A stretch of 64,000 bases of DNA, from the IMG/VR virus record IMGVR_UViG_3300028864_000019, positions 47,870 to 111,869 of that record; one strand, given 5' to 3'. Source of the DNA: a virus. Below, one piece after another: positions 33,952 to 45,698 of this stretch. Below the pieces are notes generated by a model. That model was not told the origin of the DNA. It ran no database searches and worked only from the letters and a program-made list of their open reading frames with translations. The position numbers and the translations under genes are program-made. Position 1 is the first letter of the stretch. Each line of letters begins with the position of its first letter.

Positions 33952-34013
33952 AGTCTTGTCATAAGACTGTTACATTAAGGGTAAGCTTGAACTAATAGTC
34001 TTGTAATGAGACT
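33952..34013. repeat. two palindromic 17-mers AGTCTTGT(C/A)AT(A/G)AGACT
   Basis: Copies at 33952 and 33997. Confidence 0.8.
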
Positions 34014-34391
34014 AGAATTGAATTCGGCTTGAGAAGTGTGATTAAATGGTGAATAAAACAAATTAATATATAAAGTGTTGACAAATTAATAGAATTATGG
34101 TAAGATAATACTTGTAAGGAGGAAATAAGAAATTTAGTAATTCAACACATTTAAATAAATTAATGTATAAAAAGGTGGTGAAAGATATGAGTAATGTAAT
34201 AGAGTTTAAATCAAGAAGTAATGATATTATAGAAACGCACTTAATCAGGTTTTATCAATTAAAGGTTAAAAATTTCAGTGGAACTCTTGAAGATAATGAG
34301 ATAATAGAGTTTGATAAAGAGTGTGAATGGTTAAAAATACATATAGGTTAGTAGTAAATAATAAAATAATACAAACAAAGGAGATTAAAAA

Positions 34392-35000
34392 GTGAAAATA
34401 GTTATTGATATAGATAGTTCAACCATAGATACTTGCAGGAGTATAATAAACTTACATAACAAACTGTATGATAATAAAATTGAATATCAGGAAGATTATT
34501 CGTGGAATTTCTACCCCATGATAAAAACTATAGAAGAATTAAAGGAATTATTCAAGTTATTTGACCACAAAGATTTTTATAAAAGTGATACATTGGTTGT
34601 TTTTGACAAAGCTATTCAAGTTATAAATGGATTATCTATGCAGAATAAAGTGATTTTTTGTAGTAAACACGATATAGCTAGAAGACCTATAACGAGTAAA
34701 TGGATATATGAGATATTCCCAACTGCCAATTTAGAATTCACAGACACGTTTAATAAAAGTATAGTTGGAAAAGTTGATATAGTTATCGATGATAAACCTG
34801 AAGCACTTTTGAGTGTAGATGCTGATTATAAAATACTGTTTGGAACATATGACTGGAATAAAGACTACAATGGACTAAGAGCAAATAATTGGAAGGAAGT
34901 AGATAATATGATTAAAATAATAGAAAATACAACTAGAAATAACAAATTAAATGACAAAGTAATAAATAATAAAAGGATGGTAGGAGACAATGAAAGATAA
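34392..35000 (+). CDS. HAD-family 5'(3')-deoxyribonucleotidase-like protein
   Basis: IVIDIDS motif I, IDDKP motif IV, WN...NWKEV. Confidence 0.8.
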   Translation: MKIVIDIDSSTIDTCRSIINLHNKLYDNKIEYQEDYSWNFYPMIKTIEELKELFKLFDHKDFYKSDTLVVFDKAIQVINGLSMQNKVIFCSKHDIARRPITSKWIYEIFPTANLEFTDTFNKSIVGKVDIVIDDKPEALLSVDADYKILFGTYDWNKDYNGLRANNWKEVDNMIKIIENTTRNNKLNDKVINNKRMVGDNER

Positions 35001-35247
35001 TTACGGTTGTACAAATGAGAAGTTTGCGAATGAATTTAGACAATACATAGATGGTTTTAACGATACATATGATAAGGACGAGCACTATAGCAATAATGAT
35101 AGAATTACTGAAGCGTTTCTAATTGGGGCTGATATAAGTGATTATAATTTGAGTAGATGGGACAAAGGTAAGTTAGCAAGATATAGAAATGATATGGATA
35201 AAAGATAATACATATTACATAAATTAATACATAAAGGAGAGAATAAA

Positions 35248-35721
35248 ATGAATAAATACATAGGTACATATAGAATATCATGTGAGTTTGATAGAAGAAA
35301 TTTAGAACCAATAAAAGAAGATACATTTATAATTTGTGCTAGTAATGGACAAATATACAGAGTAAGTGATAATTTACTCGCTTATTATAAGCCAAAGCGA
35401 GGTAATTCAGAACAGTTTGCAACTAAACTAATAGATAAGGGAGTTAAAAGTGTTAATAATTGTTCTAGCGATGGAGATATGTTGATTTATTTTAGTGAAG
35501 ATAGTTTAGACATAGTTGCTGAAGAAGTAGGTGCTAGTACAAATGGTGCAGATATAAAACCAAGCAGTATAAAAAACCTTAGAAAATTAGATTGGTTCAA
35601 AAAGAATAAACAATATTATATAGATAAAGGATATTATAAAGAAAAAGAAGAATTGACCGAAGAAGAGAAAGAAGTTTATAGACAACGATTTGTAAATAAT
35701 ATTAATAAGAGTGTGGAGTAG
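35248..35721 (+). CDS. hypothetical phage protein
   Basis: 157 aa ORF, AGGAG RBS. Confidence 0.6.
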   Translation: MNKYIGTYRISCEFDRRNLEPIKEDTFIICASNGQIYRVSDNLLAYYKPKRGNSEQFATKLIDKGVKSVNNCSSDGDMLIYFSEDSLDIVAEEVGASTNGADIKPSSIKNLRKLDWFKKNKQYYIDKGYYKEKEELTEEEKEVYRQRFVNNINKSVE

Positions 35722-36081
35722 TTAAAATTGTTCGATAGAAAGTCGATTACAGGCTTAAGATGAGGTTTTAGAGTAAATAAGGTACAAGTTGTCTAGTTAA
35801 GAATCTAAATCGAAATAAGGCATTATTTTTGAGTTTCTTGTAATAAACTTTAGATGCCGATGAAGAGTTAAAAATATGGGTTGGTTTTAATTTTAAAATG
35901 TAAGGTGATAAGTTCTTCGTTAAATTGTGTAGAACGTCTTAGAAAGTGGGAAGTCGAGTTTTTGTCGAAGAATGTGGATAAGGTATGATAATAGTAAAAG
36001 CATTAAGCATTATTATAAAACAAATTAATGTATAAAATAAAACCCGATATAATGCGTGTTTTATTGGGATTTTGAAATGAG

Positions 36082-38685
36082 ATGGATAATAAAAAAATAA
36101 AGGAGAGTAAAATAATGGATAATATAAATATTTGGTTTGCCAGAAATAAAGATGGTGATATAGTTACAATAGACAAAGTTAATGAGGATAATAGATATGA
36201 AGAATATAAGTGTCCAATATGTGAAAGTAAACTTATTTCAAAATTAGGTGATATTAATAAACATCATTTTGCACATAAAGATGCTAGTAAATGTGATAGT
36301 GAGGCTCAAGTCCATTTCTTTGTTAAGAACGAATTAATAAAACAAGGATATGTTTTTAAAGTTAAATTAGATGATGAAATTAAAGAATTTGTCTGTAAAG
36401 AAGTTTTAATAGAACAATCTTATGAAACTGAATTTGGTACGTATAGACCTGATATAACTATAATAACTAAAAATGATGAAACTATTTACTTTGAAATAGC
36501 CAACACTAATAAAAAGAAAATAGAAGAGTATTTGGATATTTGGGTGAAACTCAATAATATAGTTGTTGAAGTTGAAACGAAAGAATTGATAGATGGAAAT
36601 ATAACTAATGAATTTAAAGCTTTATTCTATGAGGGGAAATGCTTTAATATCAGCAAAGACGAAAATGAATATTACGAACTAATAGGAAAAGTTAAATTAA
36701 ACAAATATAAATATCCAATAGAGCAAGTTAATAAACTAAGCTGGTTATGGAAAGATATTAATAGATATTTATTAGGAGAATTAGAAATATCTGAGTTAAG
36801 TGATTTGATACAAGCTATAGAAGATGAAGAATTAAGAGAAATAGTAGTTTCCATATTGAGAAAAAATAAATGTACAGGAATTATGGAAGATTATATTAAT
36901 TATAATGTGAATAATTTAAAAAATATTGAAATAAGTGAAAATTGCAATATTTCAGTAGATATTCCAACAAAATATTGTGATAAAATTTATGGATATTATG
37001 ATTTGAAATATCTACTAATCGACTATGATAAAACGTTCTACGATAGGGTTAAATTTTATTCTATAAATGAAATAAGTAAGAAAACATTAAAGAATATCGA
37101 AAGATATAAGAAATTTATAGCAGTAAGTAATATAATAAAGGAAAAATATATAGAAGACGAAATAAAAATAAGTTTCCATGAAGATTCAAATATATATCTA
37201 TTTTATTATACAACATTTATATCTAATATAAAAATGGATGATGAAATAGATGATATTGTGACTAATATTAAGAATGAAATAAACAAAGTAGATAAAAAAA
37301 AGATTAAAGCACAATTTGAATTCAATACATTATTAAATATGTGTAAGAATGGTGAGATAAGTTTGGAAGCCCTTGCAGATAATATAAAAAATAACAAATA
37401 TAAAGAATATGTTGAAACAACATTAAAAATTAATAAAAATATTTTAAATGATTATCTAGATTTTAATATAAAAAAACACACAGAAATTTTAAATAATATA
37501 AATAGTTCAATATCATTTAAAACAGAATTACCAAGATTAATTCATGATAGAATTTATGAATATTTTATTTTATCAGTGTATTGGGATGATTCTATTATTT
37601 TAAGTAATAAAATTATAAATTATGATACAAAAAATATATTATATGTATTAAACTATTTAAATGTATTTAATTACATTAAAGAAAAATATAATGAATATAC
37701 TATTAAATATACTTCTTGTCGTGATAATTTTGAATTATATAAAGATTCCATAAAGATATTTGATTATAGTTTAAAGGAAGATATTAAAAATATATATAAT
37801 AAAATAGATAAACAGATATATTCTAGGGATAATTACATTAAAGATATGCAAGTTTTATGTAATTATATAAATAATAACTACAAATGCATATGTGATGCAA
37901 ATCTAAATGATTATAATACATTATTGTCATTTACTTATTATTTTACAAATGACGTATGTAGGAAATATAGTTTAGGAATAGGAAGATGTGTAGATTATAA
38001 TTCAAATACAGAATATTATATAGATCATATAAACAGAATGATTAGAAATGACTATGATGAAATTGTATGTGAAGAAATAAATAAAATAGATTCTAATGTA
38101 AAAACCATACAATTAAATAATAGAGTATATTTAACATATGATACTGGATCGGTTATTACAGAAGATTATTTTGTATTTAATGAATATATTGAGGAAAATA
38201 CCTTAAATACAATAATAAATTTTTATTATGAAAATATAAAAATTTCAGAAAAATATAATAATATATTTAAAGATTATTATATAACATGTAAAAATATTAA
38301 AAATAATTATTCTATTATATTACTAAATAATGGAATAGAAATTTATTACAAAGAAGATTCAGTTTTTAAATCAGCTTATTTTAATATAGATTCTATAGAT
38401 AATATCATTAATAATAAAGAATTTAAATTAGCATTAATTGAAAATGTTGAAGATTTTGAAAATTATAATAAAATAAAAGAATTAGTAGATAATTTAAATC
38501 ATAAATATATTAAAGTTAATAAACAGTGGAGATTTAAATTCAATGTAAGACGTAATACTATAGATATATATGAATCTATATCTAACTTTTTTAACTCTAT
38601 ACAAATTAATGAAATTAAATTTCAAGATATAGAAAAGAAAATAAGTGATAAGATAAGAAATTATGTTTATAAGATGGAGGAGTAA
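36082..38685 (+). CDS. large protein with N-terminal CoiA-like zinc/PD-(D/E)xK nuclease domain
   Basis: YKCPICES...HHFAH, YRPDI, IYFEI; internally repeated helical segments. Confidence 0.65.
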   Translation: MDNKKIKESKIMDNINIWFARNKDGDIVTIDKVNEDNRYEEYKCPICESKLISKLGDINKHHFAHKDASKCDSEAQVHFFVKNELIKQGYVFKVKLDDEIKEFVCKEVLIEQSYETEFGTYRPDITIITKNDETIYFEIANTNKKKIEEYLDIWVKLNNIVVEVETKELIDGNITNEFKALFYEGKCFNISKDENEYYELIGKVKLNKYKYPIEQVNKLSWLWKDINRYLLGELEISELSDLIQAIEDEELREIVVSILRKNKCTGIMEDYINYNVNNLKNIEISENCNISVDIPTKYCDKIYGYYDLKYLLIDYDKTFYDRVKFYSINEISKKTLKNIERYKKFIAVSNIIKEKYIEDEIKISFHEDSNIYLFYYTTFISNIKMDDEIDDIVTNIKNEINKVDKKKIKAQFEFNTLLNMCKNGEISLEALADNIKNNKYKEYVETTLKINKNILNDYLDFNIKKHTEILNNINSSISFKTELPRLIHDRIYEYFILSVYWDDSIILSNKIINYDTKNILYVLNYLNVFNYIKEKYNEYTIKYTSCRDNFELYKDSIKIFDYSLKEDIKNIYNKIDKQIYSRDNYIKDMQVLCNYINNNYKCICDANLNDYNTLLSFTYYFTNDVCRKYSLGIGRCVDYNSNTEYYIDHINRMIRNDYDEIVCEEINKIDSNVKTIQLNNRVYLTYDTGSVITEDYFVFNEYIEENTLNTIINFYYENIKISEKYNNIFKDYYITCKNIKNNYSIILLNNGIEIYYKEDSVFKSAYFNIDSIDNIINNKEFKLALIENVEDFENYNKIKELVDNLNHKYIKVNKQWRFKFNVRRNTIDIYESISNFFNSIQINEIKFQDIEKKISDKIRNYVYKMEE

Positions 38686-38686
38686 T

Positions 38687-38848
38687 ATGGATATTCAAAA
38701 AATATTTAGTAAAAGAGTGGCAATCCAATTACTCAATATGGGAAATATAATACTATACACAGAGCAGAATAAAAAGTTCCCAAAACTTAAAGTATTCTGT
38801 TTTGTGAATACTAATAAATTAAACAATGATTGGAATTTGCTAAAATAA
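38687..38848 (+). CDS. small DUF5659-like protein
   Basis: IFSKRVAIQLLNMGN...KVFCFVNT; GGAGG RBS. Confidence 0.55.
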   Translation: MDIQKIFSKRVAIQLLNMGNIILYTEQNKKFPKLKVFCFVNTNKLNNDWNLLK

Positions 38849-38889
38849 ATATACAAAATTCAAATTATAATTCAAAGGAGACAAAATAT

Positions 38890-41658
38890 ATGGCGATGAA
38901 TAAACAAATTAAACTATATTCTATAAACTTAGGAATGGTTAAAACAGGAGATGAAAAGCAATTATATTCAATGAAGTATGTAAATGATGGCTCTATGTTC
39001 AGAATTAAGCAAAATTTATCAAATAGAATAAAGAATAAACTGGATACTACAGAGTGGACAAGCGAATGTAATACTATTTTTAAAAAGGAATTAAAAGAAA
39101 ATATATTATATAAAATTATTAATCGAGAAAATAAAAAAATAACTAAAATGATACATAACACAATTAATGATTTTAATGAAGTTAGATACGTAGATAGTAA
39201 ATATTTTAAAGAAACTAATGTAATTGCATTCTTTGATAATGTGCTTACAAGAACATTAAAATTAGAAAGTGAAGAACCTACTTTAGACTTTATAGTAATT
39301 GAAGTAGGAAATACTGATATGCTAATAGTAAAACAAGTAATAGAAAAAGGATTAATTATAATAAGTAGAGAAATGGAATATGATAAGGTAATTTCAGTTG
39401 ATAATAAATATAAATTCTTTACTGCTGGAGCTGGGCAAACTCGTCAAAAGAAATTTATGATGATAAAGGAAGATGTTTGGAAAACTTACGAAGAAACATT
39501 AATGTGTGGATTGACTATAGAGCAAGTCAATAAAGTAGGGGGAATGAACATAAATAAGTTTAATGCATATTTAAGTTTGAATAATTCGGCTTCGGAAGTG
39601 GTAGAAAATTTTGATATAGATAAATGTATTGTAGTGGACGATTTTACAGAAATAATAAATGATACAGTTGATTATATTACAAGAGATGATGAAGTAGATA
39701 ACGGGATAACAGAATATACTACAAAAGGAGGCAAGAAAGTCAAACGAAAAAATAAAAAAACTGATTGGAGTATAAAAAGAGAAAAGAAAGATATATCTTT
39801 TGATTTTATGGATGGAGCAGGAATTTGTTTAAGTAATGTATTCAATAAAAATACTCAAATAAGATTACCTTGGTTTAAGGGCTTGTTATGTCCCATAAAT
39901 TATAAAAAATACATAGAAGAAAATAAGGATTGTTCTGTAAAGGTAAAAGACATATATGGAAAAGAGTATGATATTTTAGAAGATGATATTCAAGTTATAT
40001 TTACAAAAAGTCAGTTCAAAATGTGGAAATTCTATAAAGATTGGAATGAATATAAAACATATTTCAAGAAATATGAATGCACATGTAATAAATGTATGGA
40101 AGATGAAGACAAATTAAAGAATATGAGAATAAATTATCAAATGCTTCAAACTCTTACAGAAATGAGTGATGAAGAAATAGAATATTTAACTAAAGATGTT
40201 AAATCGTTAGTTAATGAAGTACATAGTAGTAAAGATAAACAACTTGAATTTTTAGGAGCAACCCTTGAAACAAAATATAGGGATTATATGCAAGAAATAA
40301 TAAGGTTGTACCCCGAGATACTAACAAGCAAGTACATAAAAAAACAACTAAGTGATACAATTACAAGCTTTAAGAAGGAAGCAAATAGTGGAAGAATCAA
40401 ACTTCATGCAAAAAGAACTTTTATAATACCAGACTTAATACATTTTATGAGTGTATTATTTGGAAATGGACAAGACTATGCACTAGGTGAAAATGAAGTA
40501 TTCTTCAATACATATAAAGATAGTAAAAGACTAGCATTATTACGTTCTCCTCATTTAAGCCGAGAATGGTGCTTAAGAAACAATATAAGTAATGAAAAAA
40601 CAAAGTACTTTAAAACTAATGGAATATATGTGAGTGCTAAAGATTTGGCTTATTTGGTATTAATGTTCGATGTAGATGGAGATGAAGCCTTAGTTGTTGA
40701 GGATTGTGAGGAACAAAAATGGTTATTAGATTTGGCTGAAAAACAAATGAGTGAGTTAGTTCCTTTATATTACGAAATGGGTGGGGGAGAAGGAAAAGTT
40801 ATAAATCCTATAAACATATTCAACTCTTTAAAATTTGTATATGAGAAGTCCAATATAGGTAAGGTTAGCAATACATTGACAAATATATTTTCAAAAGATG
40901 ATTCTGAAAAAAATATGGATAACATAAAAAAGCTATGTGCATATAATAACTGGATAATTGATAGTGCAAAAAAATTAGAGCTTCCTAAACTGCCAAAAGA
41001 TATAAAACAACTAATGAATAATAAATTATATCCATACTTTTTTCAATTTGCAAAGAACAAAAAAAGAAATGAGTGTAGAGATATAGGAAACGGAGTAATT
41101 GATAGAATTTGTAAGAGTATTAGCAATATAAAAAATACAGATTTTGATTATTCAAAAGGGTTTGGAAGATTTAATTTAAAGAAATTATTACATAATAACA
41201 AAATAGAAATAGATTATAATGTTATTGATTTTTATTTGAAGTTAGAAAATAGTACAAGAATACTTATTAATCAATATGCAACTAAATATAAGGAGGAAGA
41301 TGCAGAATTTAATTATAAAGAATTAGCTTATAATCAAGCTAAAGAAGATACCTTAAAATATTCAAAAGAGATGAATATTGATTATTTAGATTTAATAGAT
41401 ATGATAATTAAATATGCATTTAATGAGGACGAAATGAAACTAGCTTTTATATTTAATGTATTTGGAGCAGTAATAATCAATAATCTAAATAACAATTTAG
41501 AATTATCATTAAATGATGAGACTGTTGAAATGTGTGATTGTTGTGGCAAAAGATTTGAAAAGAAGTCAAATAATGCAAAATATTGTTATAAGTGTGCTAA
41601 AGACATAGAAAAAGAACTAACAAAGGAAAGAGTAAGAAAATTTAGAAATAAAGAATAA
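38890..41658 (+). CDS. YonO-like single-subunit phage RNA polymerase
   Basis: Catalytic FDVDGD (DxDGD), LLRSPH, DGAG, QIRLPWFKG, IDSAK motifs; C-terminal zinc ribbon; ATG 38890 after AGGAG. Confidence 0.85.
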   Translation: MAMNKQIKLYSINLGMVKTGDEKQLYSMKYVNDGSMFRIKQNLSNRIKNKLDTTEWTSECNTIFKKELKENILYKIINRENKKITKMIHNTINDFNEVRYVDSKYFKETNVIAFFDNVLTRTLKLESEEPTLDFIVIEVGNTDMLIVKQVIEKGLIIISREMEYDKVISVDNKYKFFTAGAGQTRQKKFMMIKEDVWKTYEETLMCGLTIEQVNKVGGMNINKFNAYLSLNNSASEVVENFDIDKCIVVDDFTEIINDTVDYITRDDEVDNGITEYTTKGGKKVKRKNKKTDWSIKREKKDISFDFMDGAGICLSNVFNKNTQIRLPWFKGLLCPINYKKYIEENKDCSVKVKDIYGKEYDILEDDIQVIFTKSQFKMWKFYKDWNEYKTYFKKYECTCNKCMEDEDKLKNMRINYQMLQTLTEMSDEEIEYLTKDVKSLVNEVHSSKDKQLEFLGATLETKYRDYMQEIIRLYPEILTSKYIKKQLSDTITSFKKEANSGRIKLHAKRTFIIPDLIHFMSVLFGNGQDYALGENEVFFNTYKDSKRLALLRSPHLSREWCLRNNISNEKTKYFKTNGIYVSAKDLAYLVLMFDVDGDEALVVEDCEEQKWLLDLAEKQMSELVPLYYEMGGGEGKVINPINIFNSLKFVYEKSNIGKVSNTLTNIFSKDDSEKNMDNIKKLCAYNNWIIDSAKKLELPKLPKDIKQLMNNKLYPYFFQFAKNKKRNECRDIGNGVIDRICKSISNIKNTDFDYSKGFGRFNLKKLLHNNKIEIDYNVIDFYLKLENSTRILINQYATKYKEEDAEFNYKELAYNQAKEDTLKYSKEMNIDYLDLIDMIIKYAFNEDEMKLAFIFNVFGAVIINNLNNNLELSLNDETVEMCDCCGKRFEKKSNNAKYCYKCAKDIEKELTKERVRKFRNKE

Positions 41659-42246
41659 TCATGTAACGGAATAGAAAGTATACTCTAACACGCATGGTTA
41701 TCACGTTTATAAGTGGTCAACATAAAAAATATATTTTATAAAAATGGGTTATAAGCTAGTGATACCAACGTTTGTAGCGTTTTGGTCAAATTCTGTAAAT
41801 GGAAAAGAAAAGACTGAGAAGTCGTAAATTATCAGCACAATGTCTAAGTGTGCAAAGGAGTTGTATTGATATTAAAGTACAATCCAGTAGGGTAGATTAT
41901 GCCTAGCATATTTGCCCTACATAAAAAATAAAACAAATTAAATAAAATAAAAAGATAGTATTGCTCAATTTTGAGTTTATTATACCAACGCCCTTAAGTG
42001 GGCGAAATACCTTTCATTAATTCATTTTTCATAACTCCCTTTATTAATATTTTAATCTCTCTCCTGACATTGGCAAGGTACAAACAGGTATTCTTGCCTT
42101 GTTGGAGAAAGAAATAAGTAGGAGTAATATGAGTTTGTAATAAATTAATGTATAAAGAAATACAGATTTAATAAGATTAATTCAACTTAATTGTTGTTTT
42201 AAATAAATTATAGGGTTGCGAACTGATTACGCAAGGAGGAATAGAA

Positions 42247-42717
42247 ATGGATAATAAAACAATTGAACAAAATAGAGATTCTTTAATTGAATCACTGATA
42301 ACCGAAGAAAATGAATTACTACAAAAGATCAAACATTCAAGAGATAATAAGGATTTTGGTACTTATAAGAATCTAATTAGAGCTTTAGCAGATGTAACTT
42401 CTTTGAAACAAAAGGAATTAGCTAATATACCTAGAGAAACTTGGATAGAAAAGAGTTCTCATTATTACGAGGGTAGAGAAATAGAAAAAGGCGATAATGA
42501 ATATATTGCCACTTGGGAACAAAAAGGTGATGAAATAAGAAATCATAGAACATTTAAAGTAGAAAAAGAAGTACCTACTATAAAAATTGAGCTGAGTAAT
42601 GATTATATTATAGAAGAAGATAGATTAACTATTCCTATGAAGATTGGGAAGTATAATTATGAAATTCATGCTAGAAAAATTGATAATAAGTGGGTTACTG
42701 AAAGCAAAAGTATATAA
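42247..42717 (+). CDS. hypothetical protein
   Basis: 156 aa, AGGAGG RBS. Confidence 0.6.
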   Translation: MDNKTIEQNRDSLIESLITEENELLQKIKHSRDNKDFGTYKNLIRALADVTSLKQKELANIPRETWIEKSSHYYEGREIEKGDNEYIATWEQKGDEIRNHRTFKVEKEVPTIKIELSNDYIIEEDRLTIPMKIGKYNYEIHARKIDNKWVTESKSI

Positions 42718-42824
42718 AATATAACTTTTAAATGACAAATTAATGTATAAACAAATAGTAAATATCCCTAATTAAAGGGTTATAAATAAATTAAATTAAA
42801 ACAGAGAGAAAGAGGAGAAATATT

Positions 42825-43076
42825 ATGTTATTAAATAAAGATAGAAAAGAAGAGTTGTTCGCACAAGGAGAATTTAAGTCAAAAGCTGAAAGATCAAGAG
42901 TCGCTAAAGCCAATGAAGAAGCTCGAGGTGCAGAATTAAATGCAGTTATAAAAGAATATACAGATTTCTTAAAAGTTGGTGAAAAATTAGTAATTGGTAA
43001 TTTACATATAGAAAAGAAGCTAAAAGATGAAGAAGTAATTATTAAAGTTAAATATGTAGAACCAAAGGTTAAGTAA
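42825..43076 (+). CDS. small basic protein, possibly HU-like
   Basis: LKVGEKLVIGNLHIEKK resembles the HU beta-arm entry. Confidence 0.35.
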   Translation: MLLNKDRKEELFAQGEFKSKAERSRVAKANEEARGAELNAVIKEYTDFLKVGEKLVIGNLHIEKKLKDEEVIIKVKYVEPKVK

Positions 43077-43193
43077 TTAAATAAATTGGATATATCAAAA
43101 GAGATTTAATTGAGTTTTACTTATATTAAGTCTCTCTTTGACTATTATTCACTTTGTCAATAGACATAATATATAATAGAGGGAGACTTACTT

Positions 43194-44669
43194 ATGAGCA
43201 AAAAGAATAAGGATAATGATATAATTTTAAGTTTTGTCGGTGGAAGTAGGGACGATATTTGTGGATCTGCTTTATTAATTAGCTATCCTATAGGAAATGA
43301 CAAACATAAATGCGTTTGTCTAGAATGTGGCATGATACAAGGAGAATCAAAACCAGAGATAGAATATTCAATGAATAAAAAAATGGTTGAAAATATTCCA
43401 GTAGGAGGTATTTCGGGAGTGTTTTTAATGCACTCCCACGTCTGAGTAGACCATATTGGGAACACACCTATATTTGGACAAGATATATTCAAAGGTGAAA
43501 TAATTACAACAGAAGAATGTTTAATGATATCTAAAGAATTATTAAAAGATAGTGTGTATTTACATGATTGTTTAATAAAAGGTTTAAAAGCAAAAGGGAA
43601 AAGACCTAAAAACTTATATACTGAATTAGATATGTATAAGATGTTAGAGAAGGTAAAAACAGTTGAAACACATCAAGTATATAAATTTGATGATTGGTTA
43701 AGTTATGAATTTTATAATTCTGGACATGTATTAGGTGGTACTCAATTGAAACTTACTTTTAGACTACCTAACAATAATATAAAATCCTTAGTTTACACAA
43801 GCGATTTGGGATCAGATTACAATTTAAAATATAAACCATTTGTAAAGAAAAGAGATATAATTCCTAAGGCTTCAATGTACGTTTTTGAGGCAACTTATTC
43901 AAACTCTGAAAAGTGCTTTGATAAAAATTTAGTAGAAAAAGAAAGAAATGAACTAAAAGAAACTTTAACTAAATATTTAAAAAGTGGACACCGAGTATTT
44001 TTTCCTTCCTTTTCTTTCGGGCGTACCCAAGAGTTACAATTTTTAATAAATTCGTTTTTTAAAGATGAAGAATGGTTTAATGAAATACCAGTAACAATTG
44101 ATGGAAGATTAACTAATTCTATATGTGATACTTATAGCAAGATATTAAAATATGATGAATTTGAGGACTGGGAGAGAATAAAAAACTGGAAGAATTTTCG
44201 TTATAATAAAGAATATAAAGGTACTTTGGGAATATTATCTAAAAGAGAATGTGGAATTTACATAAGTTCTAGTGGATTTGTTCAACCTAAAACACGTAGT
44301 TGTGACTATGTTAAAAATTTTATGGGAGTTACAGGAGATCTAATTTGTTTCGTAGGATATTACGGAGCTGAAGGTTCAATTTCTCATGAATTAGTTACTA
44401 GACCAATAGGCACTCCTATTAAAATTGATGGAAGTACATTAATAAAAAGTTGTGATGTTCTTACTCAGAAAACATTTTCGAGCCACATTCAACAAGAAGA
44501 AATTTTTAGCTACTGGAGTCAAATAAACACAAATAAGATTCTAATACACCATTGTACTGAAGAAGGAAAAATTGAAATGAAAGAAAAGGGAACTGAATAT
44601 CTACAAAGTAAAAATAAAACAACTAAAATTGTAGGAGTAAGTAAATTTGCTTCACAATTCATTTTATAA
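43194..44669 (+). CDS. MBL-fold beta-CASP nuclease interrupted by in-frame TGA at 43443
   Basis: Both track ORFs share one frame; HSHV*VDH, SGHVLG, YTSDLG, EATY, FSFGRTQE, FSSH, H motifs. Confidence 0.85.
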
Positions 44670-44827
44670 ACAAATTAATGTAGAAATAAGGAGAGAAATA
44701 GAATGAAAAATTCAACTAAGCGTACATTATCAGGATTTAACTATCAGTCCTTAAATAATTTACAAAACCAACCAATTAAAATGTTAAATGAAAAGAAAAA
44801 GAATAACGAAAAGGTGGAGAAATAATT

Positions 44828-45019
44828 ATGAAAGAAACTAAAAATGTAAGTTTTTCAAAAGCAGTAATAACTGAGGAAGATGGAGAATTTAAGATTACAG
44901 AAGTTGGAAAAGATGATTCTAAAACATACAATCTAACAAATCAAATTAGAAAATGGATTGGAGAAGACGGACTAACTGTAACAATTAAAAAGGATAATGA
45001 TATACCATCTGAAGAATAA
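44828..45019 (+). CDS. small YonK-like protein
   Basis: 63 aa acidic beta-rich protein (ITEVGKDDSKTYNL) in SPbeta-like late-region context. Confidence 0.45.
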   Translation: MKETKNVSFSKAVITEEDGEFKITEVGKDDSKTYNLTNQIRKWIGEDGLTVTIKKDNDIPSEE

Positions 45020-45029
45020 AATGTGAACA

Positions 45030-45690
45030 AAGGCATGTACTAGAAATAGACGTGACCTTTCATTAAAAGAACTGTTTTATAAGGAGTAAAAGAATAACGA
45101 TCCTTTCCCTAGTGGGGGAATAATAATACCATGATTTGCTTGGCTATTGGGTAATACATAGTCTGTTATTCAAAGATTATAAAGAACGAGGTATAGATTC
45201 CCAACAAATATTGAAGTGAGTTAGAAACTCAGACAAAGAAGAATTTTGCCCAAGTGGGAATAAGGAAATCAATACTAAAAATTTACTAATAACATACTAA
45301 ATACTACAAACAGTGAATTTTATTAGTTGGTAATATACTTACCTCATACTCAATACTTTAAGTTGAGAGAACGACAATGAAGTATTTGCCTTGTTACGGG
45401 TAAATATGGAGTCTTATTTAGAGTTTTAGGTAAACTTAGGTGTAACTAGAGATTTGATCTTGAAAAATAAAAACCTATGATACAAATACGCTTCACAATG
45501 TGCGACAAAAATACATTGTATTGATAGATGGAGGCATTCTAGCTGTACCATCGTGACTAATTGTTCATTCTAGAATGATTAGATATTGGGTTGGAATATA
45601 TCCACACAAATAATGAATTGAGTTATGATGGCTCTAACAAAAAAGATGTATTCCCTTTTGTGATATATGGGAGGTTAAATAATAATATCA
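45030..45690 (+). ncRNA. candidate large structured ncRNA upstream of tRNA
   Basis: ~660 nt without long ORFs, with many hairpins; strand inferred from flanking genes. Confidence 0.45.
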
Positions 45691-45698
45691 CATTACAC

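Noticed and set aside
45215-45695. Guide-like complementarity between the putative ncRNA and the UGA sites (ACTCAGAC, TTTAAGTTG, TCACATTA)
   Set aside because: Matches of 8-9 nt are plausible by chance in ~700 nt of AT-rich sequence; not supportable without covariation data.
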